64,000 bases of DNA from an uncultured Acidobacteriota bacterium. GTDB lineage: Bacteria > Acidobacteriota > Thermoanaerobaculia > UBA5066. The notes beneath the pieces were generated by a model. It was given only the letters and a program-made list of their open reading frames with translations. It made no database searches and was not told the origin of the DNA. Shown here in pieces: positions 18,707 to 34,972 of this stretch. Every line of letters begins with the position of its first letter. The stretch's first letter is position 1. The stretch is from NCBI GenBank assembly GCA_903845115.1, contig CAIMWE010000041.1, positions 5,802-69,801 on the forward strand, in the 5' to 3' direction. The position numbers and the translations under genes are program-made.

Positions 18707-19357
18707 TCAGTGGATGCGGCGCGGCCCTTCGAACGTGTTCGTCCGGAGGTTCGCGAGGCCGGCTTGCGTGAGGGGGTGGTCGAACAGCTTCTCGAGGACG
18801 CCGAGCGGCAACGTCGCCACGTCCACCCCCATCATCGCCGCGTCGAGGACGTGGATCGGGTTCTGGATCCCCTGGACGTTGACCTGGGTCTGGAGGCCGT
18901 AGTTGTCGTAGACCCGCACCACGCTCTCGACGACGTCCATCCCGATCTGCCCGGAATCGTCCAGGGCCCCGACGGCGGGCGAGACGTAGGCGGTGCCGGC
19001 GCGGGCGGCCAGGAGCGCCTGCATCGGGGTGAAGACGAGGCCGACGTCCGTCGCGATCTGCTCGTCCCCGAGGAGCCGCACGACGCGGAGCCCTTCCCGG
19101 GTCATCGGCACGCGGAGGACCACGTTCTTCCCGAGCTTGTGCAGCTCCCGGGCCTCCTTGTACATCCCCTTGGGGTCGCCCGCGGAGAGAGGGGCGATGA
19201 CCGGTCCGTCCCCCACCTGGGCCAGGTCGGAGAGGAGCCGCCGGGCGTCCTTGCCGACGCTGTCGGCGGGCGGGTTGAGCAGGATGCCGTCCAGGAGGCC
19301 CCACTCCCTGACTCGCCGGGCCTCGTCGACGTTGGCGGTGTCGAGGAAAAAGCGCAT
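18707..19357 (-). CDS. Transaldolase/fructose-6-phosphate aldolase family protein, catalytic residues substituted
   Basis: FLDTAN, QALLAARAG..YVSP, YDNYG, HPLTQAGL retained; Schiff-base Lys position is Arg (VVLRVP). Confidence 0.85.
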   Translation of the reverse strand: MRFFLDTANVDEARRVREWGLLDGILLNPPADSVGKDARRLLSDLAQVGDGPVIAPLSAGDPKGMYKEARELHKLGKNVVLRVPMTREGLRVVRLLGDEQIATDVGLVFTPMQALLAARAGTAYVSPAVGALDDSGQIGMDVVESVVRVYDNYGLQTQVNVQGIQNPIHVLDAAMMGVDVATLPLGVLEKLFDHPLTQAGLANLRTNTFEGPRRIH

Positions 19358-19366
19358 CGCCCGACT

Positions 19367-22000
19367 TTACCCGTTTTCGCCGGAGTCCGCCGGGGGGGGC
19401 GTCTCGCCAGCCTCCGGGTCGTTCGCCGGAAGCTCCTCGGCGACCTCCTCGTCCTTCTCCGCGAGCTTGGCGACCCCGACGACCCGGTCCCCGGGCTCGA
19501 GGTCGATCAGCCGGACCCCCATGGCCGCCCGGCCGGTCTTCCGCACCTCCGAGGCCGCGAGGCGGATGACGATTCCCTGCTGCGAGATCAGGAGGAGCTG
19601 GTCGGACTCCACGATCGACCGGATGCCGGCCACGGGGCCGTTCTTCTCCGTCACCTTGACGTTGATGACCCCGGTCCCTCCGCGGGTCTGGTGCCGGTAC
19701 TCCGCGACGTCGGTCCGCTTGCCGTAGCCGTTCTCGGTCACGGTCACGAGCGTGCCGCTCTCCTCGACCGGGTCCATCTCGACGACGACGTCCCCCTCGT
19801 GCAGCTCGATCCCCTTGACTCCCGTCGTGTCGCGTCCCATCGGCCGGACGTCGCTCTCGGAGAACTTGATCGCCATGCCGTCCCGGGTGCCGAGGAAGAC
19901 GTCCCGGCTGCCGTCCGTGATGTGGACGGAGAGGAGCTCGTCCCCCTCCTCCAGGTTGATCGCGATCAGCCCGCTGGAGCGGATGTTTCCGTAGGCGGAC
20001 AGGAGCGTCCGCTTGACCCGCCCGTTGCGGGTGGCGAAGAGGAGGAAGCGGTCCTCGGAGAAGTCCCGGGTCGTCGTCAGCACGGCCACGCGCTCCCCCG
20101 CCGCGAGCTCCAGGAGGTTGACGAGCGCCTTGCCGCGCGACGCCGGGCCCGCGTCGGGGACCCGGTGGACCTTCAGCCCGTGGACCCGGCCCTGGTTCGT
20201 GAAGACGAGGAGGTGGTCGTGGGTCGAGGCGACGAAGAGCTGCTCGACGACGTCCTCTTCCTTGGTCGCGGCCCCGGTCCGTCCCTTCCCTCCCCGTTTC
20301 TGCTCCCGGTAGGTGGAGAGGCTCGTCCGCTTCGCGTAGCCGTCCCGCGTGACCGTCAGGACCACCGCCTCCTCGGCGATCAGGTCCTCCAGCTCGAGGT
20401 CGGCCGAGGCGGCGACGATCTCGGTCCGGCGCGGGTTCCCGTACTCGGCCTTCACCTCCGCGAGCTCCTGCCGGATGATCGCGCTGACGCGCTCGGGCTT
20501 CGCCAGGATGTCGCGGAGGTCCCGGATCGTGGTGACGATCTCGTGGTACTCGGCGACGATCTTGTCCCGCTCGAGGCCGGTGAGCCTCTGGAGCCGCATG
20601 TCGAGGATCGCCTGGGCCTGGATCACGTCGAGCCGGAGGAGGTCGCCCTCCCGGCGGGCCTTCGCCGGGATCTCCAGCGAGTCGATCCCCAGGAACCGCT
20701 CGAGAGCGCCCTTGTCGAACGACACCTCGGACGTCAGCCGCTCCCGCGCCTCGGCCGGGTCCTTCGAGGAGCGGATGATCGCGATCACCGCGTCGAGGTT
20801 CGCGAGCGCGAGCGCGAGCCCCAGGAGGAGGTGGGCGCGATCCTCGGCCCTGGCCAGGTCGAAGCGCGTGCGCCGGACGACGACCTGGCGCCGGTGGTCG
20901 AGGAAGTGCCGGAGGAGGTCCCTCAGCGGGAGGATCCGCGGCTGGCCGTCCACGATCGCCAGGAAGATGATGCCGAAGGAGGACTGGAGCGGCGTCAGGG
21001 CGAAGAGCTGGTTCCGGACGACCTCGCCGAACTCCCCCTTCTTCAGGTCCACGACGACCCGCATCCCCTCGCGGTCCGACTCGTCGCGGATCGCGGAGAT
21101 CCCCTCGATCCGCTTCCCGTTCACCAGGTCCGCGATCTGCTCGATGAGCCTGGCCTTGTTGACCTGGAACGGGAGCTCGGTGATGACGATCGACTCCCGG
21201 TCCGCGCGGGCCTGTTTCTCGATCTCCGCGCGGCCCCGCACCTGGATGATCCCGCGGCCGGTCCGGTACGCCTCGTGGATCCCGGCGCGCCCGAGGATGA
21301 CGCCGCCGGTCGGGAAGTCGGGGCCGGGGAGGACCCCGAGAAGCGCCTCGACCGGCGCGTCGGGGTCGTCCAGCAGCAGCGTCGCCGCGTCGCACGCCTC
21401 GACCAGGTTGTGGGGCGGGATCTTGGTGGCCATCCCGACCGCGATCCCCTCGGCGCCGTTCACGAGGAGGTTCGGGAACTTCGACGGGAGGACCGTCGGC
21501 TCCTCGAGGGAGCCGTCGTAGGTCGGTGTCCAGTCGACCGTCTCCTTGTCGATGTCGTCCCCGAGGAGCTCCTCCGCCAGGCGGGTGAGGCGGATCTCCG
21601 TGTAACGCATCGCGGCGGCGTTGTCGCCGTCGATCGAGCCGAAGTTCCCCTGCCCGTCCACCAGGCGCTCCCGCATCGAGAAGTCCTGGGCCATCCGGAC
21701 GGCGGTGTCGTAGATCGCGCTGTCCCCGTGCGGGTGGTACTTCCCCATCACGTCGCCGACGATGCGGGCGGACTTCTTGTAGGGCTTGTTGTACCGGTTC
21801 CCCTGCTCCCACATGCCGTAGAGGACGCGGCGGTGGACCGGCTTCAGGCCGTCCCGGACGTCGGGGAGGGCCCGCCCCACGATGACGCTCATCGCGTAGG
21901 CGAGGTAGCTCCGCCGCATCTCCTCCTCGATGGAGACGGGGAAGCGCTGCCCCCGGAGGTCCTCGGCCGGGGCGGTAGGCTTTTCGGGCTCGTCGCTCAT
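19367..22000 (-). CDS. gyrA: DNA gyrase subunit A
   Basis: [31 protein letters not shown], GyrA-box QKRGGKG. Confidence 0.98.
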   Translation of the reverse strand: MSDEPEKPTAPAEDLRGQRFPVSIEEEMRRSYLAYAMSVIVGRALPDVRDGLKPVHRRVLYGMWEQGNRYNKPYKKSARIVGDVMGKYHPHGDSAIYDTAVRMAQDFSMRERLVDGQGNFGSIDGDNAAAMRYTEIRLTRLAEELLGDDIDKETVDWTPTYDGSLEEPTVLPSKFPNLLVNGAEGIAVGMATKIPPHNLVEACDAATLLLDDPDAPVEALLGVLPGPDFPTGGVILGRAGIHEAYRTGRGIIQVRGRAEIEKQARADRESIVITELPFQVNKARLIEQIADLVNGKRIEGISAIRDESDREGMRVVVDLKKGEFGEVVRNQLFALTPLQSSFGIIFLAIVDGQPRILPLRDLLRHFLDHRRQVVVRRTRFDLARAEDRAHLLLGLALALANLDAVIAIIRSSKDPAEARERLTSEVSFDKGALERFLGIDSLEIPAKARREGDLLRLDVIQAQAILDMRLQRLTGLERDKIVAEYHEIVTTIRDLRDILAKPERVSAIIRQELAEVKAEYGNPRRTEIVAASADLELEDLIAEEAVVLTVTRDGYAKRTSLSTYREQKRGGKGRTGAATKEEDVVEQLFVASTHDHLLVFTNQGRVHGLKVHRVPDAGPASRGKALVNLLELAAGERVAVLTTTRDFSEDRFLLFATRNGRVKRTLLSAYGNIRSSGLIAINLEEGDELLSVHITDGSRDVFLGTRDGMAIKFSESDVRPMGRDTTGVKGIELHEGDVVVEMDPVEESGTLVTVTENGYGKRTDVAEYRHQTRGGTGVINVKVTEKNGPVAGIRSIVESDQLLLISQQGIVIRLAASEVRKTGRAAMGVRLIDLEPGDRVVGVAKLAEKDEEVAEELPANDPEAGETPPPADSGENG

Positions 22001-22001
22001 C

Positions 22002-25633
<3,632 letters not shown>

Positions 25634-25660
25634 GCGTCTTAAGTTTCCGGACCCGCCCGT

Positions 25661-26785
25661 TCAGGTCCGGAGCGGCATCACGACGTAGAAGTAGTTCGTC
25701 AAGCCGGGAATCGGACCGGACGGCCGCCCCTGGCACTGGGACTGCTCGTCCTTGAGGAACAGGTGAACTTCCTTGGTCTCCGCGACCTCCAGAAACTGCT
25801 CGAGATACCGTGCGTTGAGCCTCAGCGTCACCGGCTCGTCGTCGTAGGTCGCCGCGATCTCCTGGTCTCCGTCGCCGACCTCCTGGCTCTCCGAGGAGAC
25901 GATCGCCGCGCCGCTCTTGAGCGAGAGGGAGATGGCCTTCGTCTTGTCTCCGGAGAGGAGGGAGATCCTCTTCACGGCGCTCAGGAGCTCCTCCCGGTCG
26001 ATGACGGCCTTGCGGTTGTTCTCCTTGCTGATCACCTTCTCGTAGTCGGGAAAGCGGCGCTCCTCCAGCTTCGAGAAGAGGCGGCGGCTTCCCACCGAGA
26101 AGCCTATATGGTTCGTCCCCCGGATGATCGTCACGGGAGTCTCACCCGGGACGTCGAGCCGGCTCAGCTCGTCCAGGATCTTCTTCGAGACGAGAACGGG
26201 CTCGAACCCTTGTTCCGCCTGCACCCCGTCGACCTCCACGAGCGCCAGGCGGTGGCCGTCCGTCGCGGCCATCTCCACCCCGGACCCCTTCGGTTTCAGG
26301 AGCGCCCCCTGGAGCTGGAGCCGGATCTCCTCGACGGAGACGGCGAACCGGACCTTCTCCACCATCCGCTCGAGCGAGCCGAAGGACATCGTCAACGTGG
26401 GCCCGCCGGCGGCCTCGGGTCGCGTGGGATAGTCGGTGGCGGGCAGGCCGTTGAGCCGGATGCGGATCTTCGGGCTCTTGCAGTCCAGCTGGACGTGGTG
26501 GTTCTCGAGGACCTTCAGCTTCAGCACGGCGTCGTCCGGAAGCTCCCGGACCACGTCGTACAGACGGCGCGCCGGGACCGTGACGGCCCCGGACACGTTG
26601 ACGGTCACTCCCGCCACCTCGGAGAGAAACGTGGTGTCCAGATCGGTCGCCGTGAGGGTGAGCGTGTCCCCCTTCGCCTCGAGGAGGACGTTGCTCAGGA
26701 TCTGGTGAGTCGTCCGTTTCTCGATGACTCCCTGCATCAGTCCGAGCTCACGAGCGAGGAGCGAAGCCGGAAGAGTCAGCTCCAC
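25661..26785 (-). CDS. dnaN: DNA polymerase III beta clamp
   Basis: ATDLD, ATDGHRL, FPDYEKVI, NARYL, YVVMPLR. Confidence 0.96.
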   Translation of the reverse strand: MELTLPASLLARELGLMQGVIEKRTTHQILSNVLLEAKGDTLTLTATDLDTTFLSEVAGVTVNVSGAVTVPARRLYDVVRELPDDAVLKLKVLENHHVQLDCKSPKIRIRLNGLPATDYPTRPEAAGGPTLTMSFGSLERMVEKVRFAVSVEEIRLQLQGALLKPKGSGVEMAATDGHRLALVEVDGVQAEQGFEPVLVSKKILDELSRLDVPGETPVTIIRGTNHIGFSVGSRRLFSKLEERRFPDYEKVISKENNRKAVIDREELLSAVKRISLLSGDKTKAISLSLKSGAAIVSSESQEVGDGDQEIAATYDDEPVTLRLNARYLEQFLEVAETKEVHLFLKDEQSQCQGRPSGPIPGLTNYFYVVMPLRT

Positions 26786-27030
26786 ATCGGCTCCTGGTTC
26801 ATCATCATTTTGGTCTCCATCTAGGTCCCGTAGGATCAGTCGTAGGGGGTCTCTACGAGATGGATTCTAAGAAGCCACATATCCGCAATGGTTTGTAACA
26901 CAGATTGCCTGTGAAATTCCAGGGTGGGTGTCTGTGGAAAGAAATTGTGGCCGCCGCCGATCGGGGAAAATTGCCGGGTCCCGCGGGGGGCTGTGAAAAA
27001 CGCCTGTGGATAGAGGAATTTAATGCCTGT
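26786..27030. other. Probable chromosomal replication origin (oriC)
   Basis: AT-richer dnaA-dnaN spacer with co-oriented DnaA-box-like 9-mers TGTGAAATT (26910), TGTGGAAAG (26933), TGTGAAAAA (26992), TGTGGATAG (27005). Confidence 0.75.
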
Positions 27031-28344
27031 TCATCGGTACTGGGAGATGAATCCCGCGACCAGGCGGTTGAATTCGGCGTCCTCCTCGCGGCGGGCGGCG
27101 ATCTTCCGGATCGAGTGCAGCACGGTCGTGTGGTGCTTGTCGGCGAAGAGCCGCGCGATCTCGGGGAGGGAAAGGGACGTCGATTCCTTCAGGACGTACA
27201 TGGCGACCTGGCGGGGAAAGACGATCTGCTCCTTCTTGGTCTTGGCGCGCAGCTCGCTGGGCTTGAGACCCCAGTGAGCGGCGACGGCGCGGAGGATCTC
27301 CGCCGGCGAGGTCGTCTGCTCGGCGTCCCGGAGGACGTCCTTGAGGGCCTCCTTGGCGAGGTCGAGGGAGATGGCTTCTCCCCTCATCTCGGAGAAGATG
27401 GCGACCCGCTCGAAGTAGCCGGCCAGCTGCCGGACGTTCGTCTTGATCTTCAGGGCGAGGAAGAAGGCGACGTCGTCCTCGAGCGTGACCTGCCGGGCCT
27501 CGGCCTTCTGCCGGAGGATCGCGACGCGCGTCTCCAGCTCGGGAGGCTGGACATCGACGATCAGGCCTCCCTCGAAGCGCGACTTCAGCCTCTCGTTCAG
27601 CCCCGGGATCTCGCGGGGGAGGACGTCGGACGAGAAGACGATCTGGTGGCCGTCGTCGTAGAGCGCGTTGAACGTGTTGAAGAGCTCGTTCTCGGAAACT
27701 TCCTTGCCGATGACGAACTGGACGTCGTCGAGCAGGAGGATGTCGGCGGCGCGGAATCGCGTCCGCACGGACTCCATCTTGTTGAACCGGACCCCGAGGA
27801 CGACCTCGTTGACGAAGGTCTCGGACGTCACGTAGATGACCTTGTCCCCGGGCTGCCGCGAGAGGCGGCGATGACCGATCGCCTGCATCAGGTGCGTCTT
27901 GCCGAGTCCGGCGCCGCCGCAGATGAAGAGGGGGTTGTACTGCCGCGTGCCCTTCTCCGCGACGCGGAGGGCGGCGGCGTGGGCCAGGCGGTTCGAGTTC
28001 CCGGTCACGAAGTTCTCGAAGGTGTAGGCCGTGTTCAGGGTCCCCGTCCTCTTCTTCACGACGACCGGGCCCTTGATGGCGGCGATCGTGGAGCTGGGGT
28101 CGCCGTCGGCGCCGAAGCGGATCTCCCGGCCTCCGAGGCCGGCGAGCTGGGCCGCCTCCGAGATCTGGGTCGCGAAGTTCTCGGAGATCCAGCTGGCGTA
28201 GAGCGGGGAGTTCACCTGAACGCTCAGGACCTCGGGAGTCTCGTGGCGCTGCTTGGTGCCGAGGAACCACGTCTCGAAGTCCCTCTCGTCGATTCGAGGC
28301 TTCAAGTGCTCCAGGACCTTTTCCCAGGCTGTAGGCTTCTCCAC
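27031..28344 (-). CDS. dnaA: Chromosomal replication initiator DnaA
   Basis: [54 protein letters not shown] 28344 with GGGAGG RBS. Confidence 0.97.
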   Translation of the reverse strand: MEKPTAWEKVLEHLKPRIDERDFETWFLGTKQRHETPEVLSVQVNSPLYASWISENFATQISEAAQLAGLGGREIRFGADGDPSSTIAAIKGPVVVKKRTGTLNTAYTFENFVTGNSNRLAHAAALRVAEKGTRQYNPLFICGGAGLGKTHLMQAIGHRRLSRQPGDKVIYVTSETFVNEVVLGVRFNKMESVRTRFRAADILLLDDVQFVIGKEVSENELFNTFNALYDDGHQIVFSSDVLPREIPGLNERLKSRFEGGLIVDVQPPELETRVAILRQKAEARQVTLEDDVAFFLALKIKTNVRQLAGYFERVAIFSEMRGEAISLDLAKEALKDVLRDAEQTTSPAEILRAVAAHWGLKPSELRAKTKKEQIVFPRQVAMYVLKESTSLSLPEIARLFADKHHTTVLHSIRKIAARREEDAEFNRLVAGFISQYR

Positions 28345-28439
28345 GGGCCTCCCACCGCCCTTCGATCCGTACGAACGAAAACGGGCCGGGATGCTAGCAC
28401 GCGGCCGGACGGGCAAAGCGGTCCGGCCGAAAAACGGTG

Positions 28440-28468
28440 TTGACAGGAGGACCGAGCCTCAGCAGAAT
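28440..28468 (+). promoter_or_regulatory. Sigma70-type promoter for rpmH operon
   Basis: TTGACA-N17-CAGAAT. Confidence 0.6.
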
Positions 28469-28510
28469 ACTTGGCCCCTTGATTCTCAAGGAGATAGGCG
28501 AAGTGAAGCT

Positions 28511-28648
28511 ATGACGAAACGAACTTTCCAGCCGAACAATCGGCACCGCAAGCGAACCCACGGATTCCTCGTCCGGATGCGTACGAAGAGCGGCCGGGCA
28601 GTCCTGGCCAGGAGACGGGCCAAGGGGCGCAAGGTCCTTTCGGCCTGA
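28511..28648 (+). CDS. rpmH: 50S ribosomal protein L34
   Basis: [45 protein letters not shown]. Confidence 0.97.
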   Translation: MTKRTFQPNNRHRKRTHGFLVRMRTKSGRAVLARRRAKGRKVLSA

Positions 28649-28667
28649 GCCGAAGCCTGTTCCGGGA

Positions 28668-29036
28668 ATGAACGGCGAGGTCTTCCCGCGGAGCCATCGC
28701 CTCGCCAGGCGATCCGATTTCCGGAAGACCTACGACGAGGGAAGAAAGCTCGCCGGCCGGTACCTGGTCCTGTTCGTCCGTCCGAACGGGGCCGGGACCA
28801 TCCGCCTCGGGCTGACCGTCACGAAGAGGATCGGGTGCGCGGTGGAGCGGAACAGGGCCCGGCGGAGGCTGCGCGAGATCTTCCGGAGGGAGGCGCGAGC
28901 GACCCTGGAACGAAACCGCTGGACCGGGACCGACGTCGTGGTGAACCTCCGGGAGGGAGCCGCCGGGGCGGGAGTTCGCGATCTGTCCGACGACTTCGGC
29001 CGGCTCCTCCGCCGTCTCGGAGAGCGCCCCGCGTGA
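28668..29036 (+). CDS. rnpA: Ribonuclease P protein component
   Basis: [25 protein letters not shown]. Confidence 0.95.
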   Translation: MNGEVFPRSHRLARRSDFRKTYDEGRKLAGRYLVLFVRPNGAGTIRLGLTVTKRIGCAVERNRARRRLREIFRREARATLERNRWTGTDVVVNLREGAAGAGVRDLSDDFGRLLRRLGERPA

Positions 29037-29287
29037 GTTCGATCTCCGGGACGCCGGCCCGGCTGGGGTCGTCGCTGCCGGCGAGGGCGGCGGTGCGGGG
29101 GCTCACGTTCTACAAGAGGTTCCTCTCCCCGCTCCTCCCGGCGGCGTGCCGGTTTCTTCCGACCTGCTCCGAATACGCCAGCGAGGCGGTTCGGCGCCAC
29201 GGTTTTCGGCGCGGGAGCGCGCTCACCATCCGGCGGCTGATGCGCTGCCACCCGTTCCATCCCGGGGGATACGATCCGGTTCCCTGA
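29033..29287 (+). CDS. yidD: Membrane protein insertion efficiency factor YidD
   Basis: [36 protein letters not shown]. Confidence 0.93.
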   Translation: MSSISGTPARLGSSLPARAAVRGLTFYKRFLSPLLPAACRFLPTCSEYASEAVRRHGFRRGSALTIRRLMRCHPFHPGGYDPVP

Positions 29288-29320
29288 GGGACCGGTCCTC
29301 TTCGCCAAGCAGGAGCACTC

Positions 29321-30991
29321 TTGGACTTCAAACGCCTCTCGATCGCCTTCATCCTCTCGGCGGCCGTCCTGATCCTCTGGCCGAGGCTCTTCCCGCCTCC
29401 GCCGACCCCGGAGCCGGGGAAGCCGGCCGCCGTTCCGACGGCGGGTCCGGCCAGCGCCGGGACTCCGCCCGCCGCGGTTACGTCGGCGGCGGCGGCGAAG
29501 GGCGCGCAGGCGCCGGGGGCCGGGAAACAGGCGGTCGCGGCCACGGTCGCGGTCCCGCCGGTCACGGCGGCGGAGGCGAGGGACGTCGTCGTCTCGACGC
29601 CGCTCTATGAGGCGAGGCTCTCCAACCAGGGAGGAGACCTCGTTTCCTGGACGCTCCGGAAGTTCAAGGACGGCGCCGGGAAGGACCTCGATCTCGTCCG
29701 GCGGACCGTGCCGTTCCCCGGGCGCATCGTCCGCCTCGACCCGGCCGACCCGTTCGCCGCCCGCGCGGCCACGGCCCTCTACGCGGTGACGAGGGAGACG
29801 AAGGGTCTCGACGCGGTCGTGCGGTTCCACTACCGGGAGGCGACCGGAGAGGGGATCGAACGGACCTGGACGTTCGGGCCGGGGTACGTCGTGGGGCTGA
29901 GGGTCCAGCGGGAGGGCTCGACCCTTCCGGTCGGTGTCGTCCTCGGCCCTGGAATCGGGAATCCGTCGGAGGAAGACCTCAAGACCTCCTACACCAAGCC
30001 CGGGGCGACGATCGTCCTCCGGCACGGCGGATCGGTCGACCGGAAGGCCAAGGACGACCTCAAGGAACCGGTCCCCGCGGGAGCTGACCTCGTGGCGGCC
30101 GGGCTGGAGGACAACTACTTCCTGACGGCATTCCTGCCGCGAGGCGGGGCCTCCGCCCTCCTCCGCCCGGTGAAGATCCAGGCCGGGAAGGAGGAGCCGC
30201 TCCTGGAGAGCGAGGTCGTCCTGTCCGGAGCGGGAGTGGTCGACGCCGACCTCTTCCTCGGCCCGAAGGACCTCGACCTCCTCGAGAAGCTCCGGCCCGG
30301 GATGGACAAGCTGATCGACTACGGGTGGTTCGCGATCCTCGCCAAGCCGCTCCTCTGGGTCCTGAAGTGGATCCAGGGGTGGGTCGTGAACTGGGGCCTC
30401 GCCATCATCGGCATCACGTTCCTGATCAAGGTCGTCCTGTTCCCTCTGACGTACAAGCAGCTCGTGTCGATGAAGAAGATGAGCTCGCTCCAGCCGAGGG
30501 TGGAGACGATCCGCGCGAAGTGGTCGACCAAGCTGAAGTCCGATCCGCAGGCGCGCGTGAAGATGAACGAGGAGATGATGAACCTCTACAAGACGGAGGG
30601 GGTGAACCCGGCCGGCGGCTGCCTCCCGCTCGTCTTGCAGATGCCGATCCTGATCGCGTTCTACCAGATGCTCGCGCACGCGATCGAGCTGCGGCACGCG
30701 CCGTTCTGGCTGTGGATCCAGGATCTCTCCGCGAAGGACCCGTACTACGTCACGCCGATCCTGATGACGGCGACGATGTGGATCCAGCAGCAGATGACCC
30801 CCTCGACCGGGGACGCGACGCAGAAGAAGATCCTCGCCGCCATGCCCCTCGTGTTCGGCTTCATGTTCAAGGACATGCCGTCGGGGCTCGTTCTCTACTG
30901 GCTCGTCCAGAACGTCCTGACGATCGCCCAGCAGATGCTCCTGAACCGATACACCGACCTCGGGCCGGTCGCCGTCCCGAAGAAGGCCTGA
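29321..30991 (+). CDS. yidC: Membrane protein insertase YidC
   Basis: LFLGPK, DYGWF, NWGLAII, GVNPAGGCLP, PSGLVLYW. Confidence 0.96.
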   Translation: MDFKRLSIAFILSAAVLILWPRLFPPPPTPEPGKPAAVPTAGPASAGTPPAAVTSAAAAKGAQAPGAGKQAVAATVAVPPVTAAEARDVVVSTPLYEARLSNQGGDLVSWTLRKFKDGAGKDLDLVRRTVPFPGRIVRLDPADPFAARAATALYAVTRETKGLDAVVRFHYREATGEGIERTWTFGPGYVVGLRVQREGSTLPVGVVLGPGIGNPSEEDLKTSYTKPGATIVLRHGGSVDRKAKDDLKEPVPAGADLVAAGLEDNYFLTAFLPRGGASALLRPVKIQAGKEEPLLESEVVLSGAGVVDADLFLGPKDLDLLEKLRPGMDKLIDYGWFAILAKPLLWVLKWIQGWVVNWGLAIIGITFLIKVVLFPLTYKQLVSMKKMSSLQPRVETIRAKWSTKLKSDPQARVKMNEEMMNLYKTEGVNPAGGCLPLVLQMPILIAFYQMLAHAIELRHAPFWLWIQDLSAKDPYYVTPILMTATMWIQQQMTPSTGDATQKKILAAMPLVFGFMFKDMPSGLVLYWLVQNVLTIAQQMLLNRYTDLGPVAVPKKA

Positions 30992-31024
30992 GCGGCCGGC
31001 CCGGCCGGGCGCTCCGTTTCCACC

Positions 31025-32368
31025 GTGGGCCGACTCGTCCCCGACGCGGCGGGCCTGGGGGACGTCATCGTCGCGCCGGCGACCCCGCCGGGGACCTCGG
31101 CGCTCGCCGTCGTGCGGTTCTCGGGCCCGCACGGGACGACCCTGCCCGTCGTCCGCCGCCTCGCGCCGGACCTTCCGGACGGGCTGCTCCCGCGGGAGGC
31201 TCGGCTCACCGAGGTGGTCGACGCCCGCGGGGCCCTCCTCGATCGGGCGATCCTCCTCTTCTTCGAGGGACCGCGTTCGTCCACCGGGGAGGATGTCGTC
31301 GAGATCCACTGCCACGGCTCCCCCGCCGTGGTGCGCGCGGTGATCGACGCGGCGGTCGCCGCGGGAGCCCGGCCCGCCAGGAAGGGCGAGTTCACCCGGC
31401 GCGCGCTCGGGAACGGGAAGCTGGACCTCGTGGAGGCGGAAGGCGTGGCGCTCCTCTGCTCGTCGGAGAGCCGGGCGCGGGCCGGGCGGGCGATCGGGAT
31501 GGCGAGCGGCCTCCTCTCCCGGCAGGTCGGGGAGATCCGCTCGGCCGTTCTCGACCTCCTCGCGGAGACGGAGGCCGCGCTCGATTTTCCGGACGACGTC
31601 CCGATCGCCGCCCCGGAACGGAGGACCGAAGAGATCCTCGGCCTCCTCTCCCGCCTTCTCGCCGGCCGGCTGGTGCAGACCGGAGAGAGGATCCCGACGG
31701 TGGCGATCGTGGGGAGGCCGAACGCCGGCAAGTCGAGCCTCTTCAACGCGCTCCTGGGGGCCGACCGGGCGATCGTCACGGCGGAGCCGGGCACGACGCG
31801 GGACGTGATCGGCGAGACGGCCGAGATCCGCGGCGAGGCGCTGCGGCTCTACGACACGGCGGGAATCCGTCCGGCGAGGAGCGAGGCCGAGCGGCTCGGG
31901 GTGGAGGCGGCCGAGCGGGCGGCGGAGAGCGCCGATCTCGTCCTCGAGGTGATCGACGGGGCCGTCGACGGGGGGGGGCCGGAGCCGGAGGGACCGCGGG
32001 CCGATCGCGGCTCCCGGCGAATCGTGGTCGAATCGAAGAGGGACCTCTGGGGGGACCGGCGCCCCGCCCGGGAGGGCGCGCTCGCGGTTTCGGTCGTCTC
32101 CGGCGACGGGCTGGGAGACCTCCGGGACGAGATCGAGAGGGCGCTTTCGGGGGTGGAGACGGAGGGCGAGGTGGCCCTCCTGGAGAGGCACCGGCGGGCT
32201 TTGCTCGAGACGGACCTCGCGGTGCGCGAGGCCGCCGGCCGATCCGAGCCGGAGCTGGCCGCGGCCGATCTCCGGCGGGCGTTGACGGCCCTGGGCGAGA
32301 TCACGGGAGAGACGGCCACGGAGGAGCTTCTGGACAGGATCTTCGCCGGCTTCTGCCTCGGGAAATGA
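31025..32368 (+). CDS. mnmE: tRNA modification GTPase MnmE
   Basis: EDVVEIHCHG, GEFTRRA, GRPNAGKSSL, GTTRD, DTAGIR, FCLGK. Confidence 0.95.
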   Translation: MGRLVPDAAGLGDVIVAPATPPGTSALAVVRFSGPHGTTLPVVRRLAPDLPDGLLPREARLTEVVDARGALLDRAILLFFEGPRSSTGEDVVEIHCHGSPAVVRAVIDAAVAAGARPARKGEFTRRALGNGKLDLVEAEGVALLCSSESRARAGRAIGMASGLLSRQVGEIRSAVLDLLAETEAALDFPDDVPIAAPERRTEEILGLLSRLLAGRLVQTGERIPTVAIVGRPNAGKSSLFNALLGADRAIVTAEPGTTRDVIGETAEIRGEALRLYDTAGIRPARSEAERLGVEAAERAAESADLVLEVIDGAVDGGGPEPEGPRADRGSRRIVVESKRDLWGDRRPAREGALAVSVVSGDGLGDLRDEIERALSGVETEGEVALLERHRRALLETDLAVREAAGRSEPELAAADLRRALTALGEITGETATEELLDRIFAGFCLGK

Positions 32369-34293
<1,925 letters not shown>

Positions 34294-34297
<4 letters not shown>

Positions 34298-34968
34298 CGG
34301 TGAGGATGCCGGAGCGGACCGAGGTCGAACGGACCCTCGCGGAGGCCCTCGGGCCCGCCGCCGTCCTGGACGGCGATCTCCTCGGACGGTGCGCGGGCCA
34401 GCTGGAGGAGTACCTGCAGTACCTCGCGGAGGTGAACGACCGGATGAACCTCGTCTCCCGGCGGGCGGCCTCCCCGGGGGAGCTCGTCTCGAGGCACCTC
34501 CTGGATTCTCTCCGGGGCCTCCCGCTCCTCCCCCCCCCCGGCCCACGCCGCCTGACCCTCGTGGACGTCGGCTCCGGAGGCGGTTTCCCGGCGATCCCCC
34601 TGCTCGTCGTCCGACCGGACCTCGACGGCTGGCTGTTCGAGTCCACGACGAAGAAAGCGAGGTTCCTGGGCGAGGTCGTGGCCCGGCTCGCGTTGACGTC
34701 CACGGTCGTCAACGCTAGATTCCCCAGTTCGACCCCGATGAAGCAGATGCCGCCCATCGATATCCTGACGACTCGTGCCGTCGCGGACGCGGGCCAGCTG
34801 GTCCGCGCCGCCCGGCCCTGGATGGCGAGGGACGGGATCGCCCTTCTCTGGACGACCAGGAGACTCTTCGAGGCCGCGGTGCGCGAGAGCGGAACGCACA
34901 GAGGGGCGTTCCATGAAACGCCAGGTACCGAACAGGCTGGGATAGCGGCCTTGGAGCGTTCCACGTGA
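34294..34968 (+). CDS. rsmG: 16S rRNA m7G527 methyltransferase RsmG (GidB)
   Basis: NDRMNLVS, RHLLDS, DVGSGGGFPAIPL, ESTTKK, TRAVA. Confidence 0.92.
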
Positions 34969-34972
34969 AACA
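34957..34972. promoter_or_regulatory. parS centromere-like site CGTTCCACGTGAAACA
   Basis: 15/16 match to TGTTNCACGTGAAACA, spanning rsmG stop and parA start. Confidence 0.85.
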
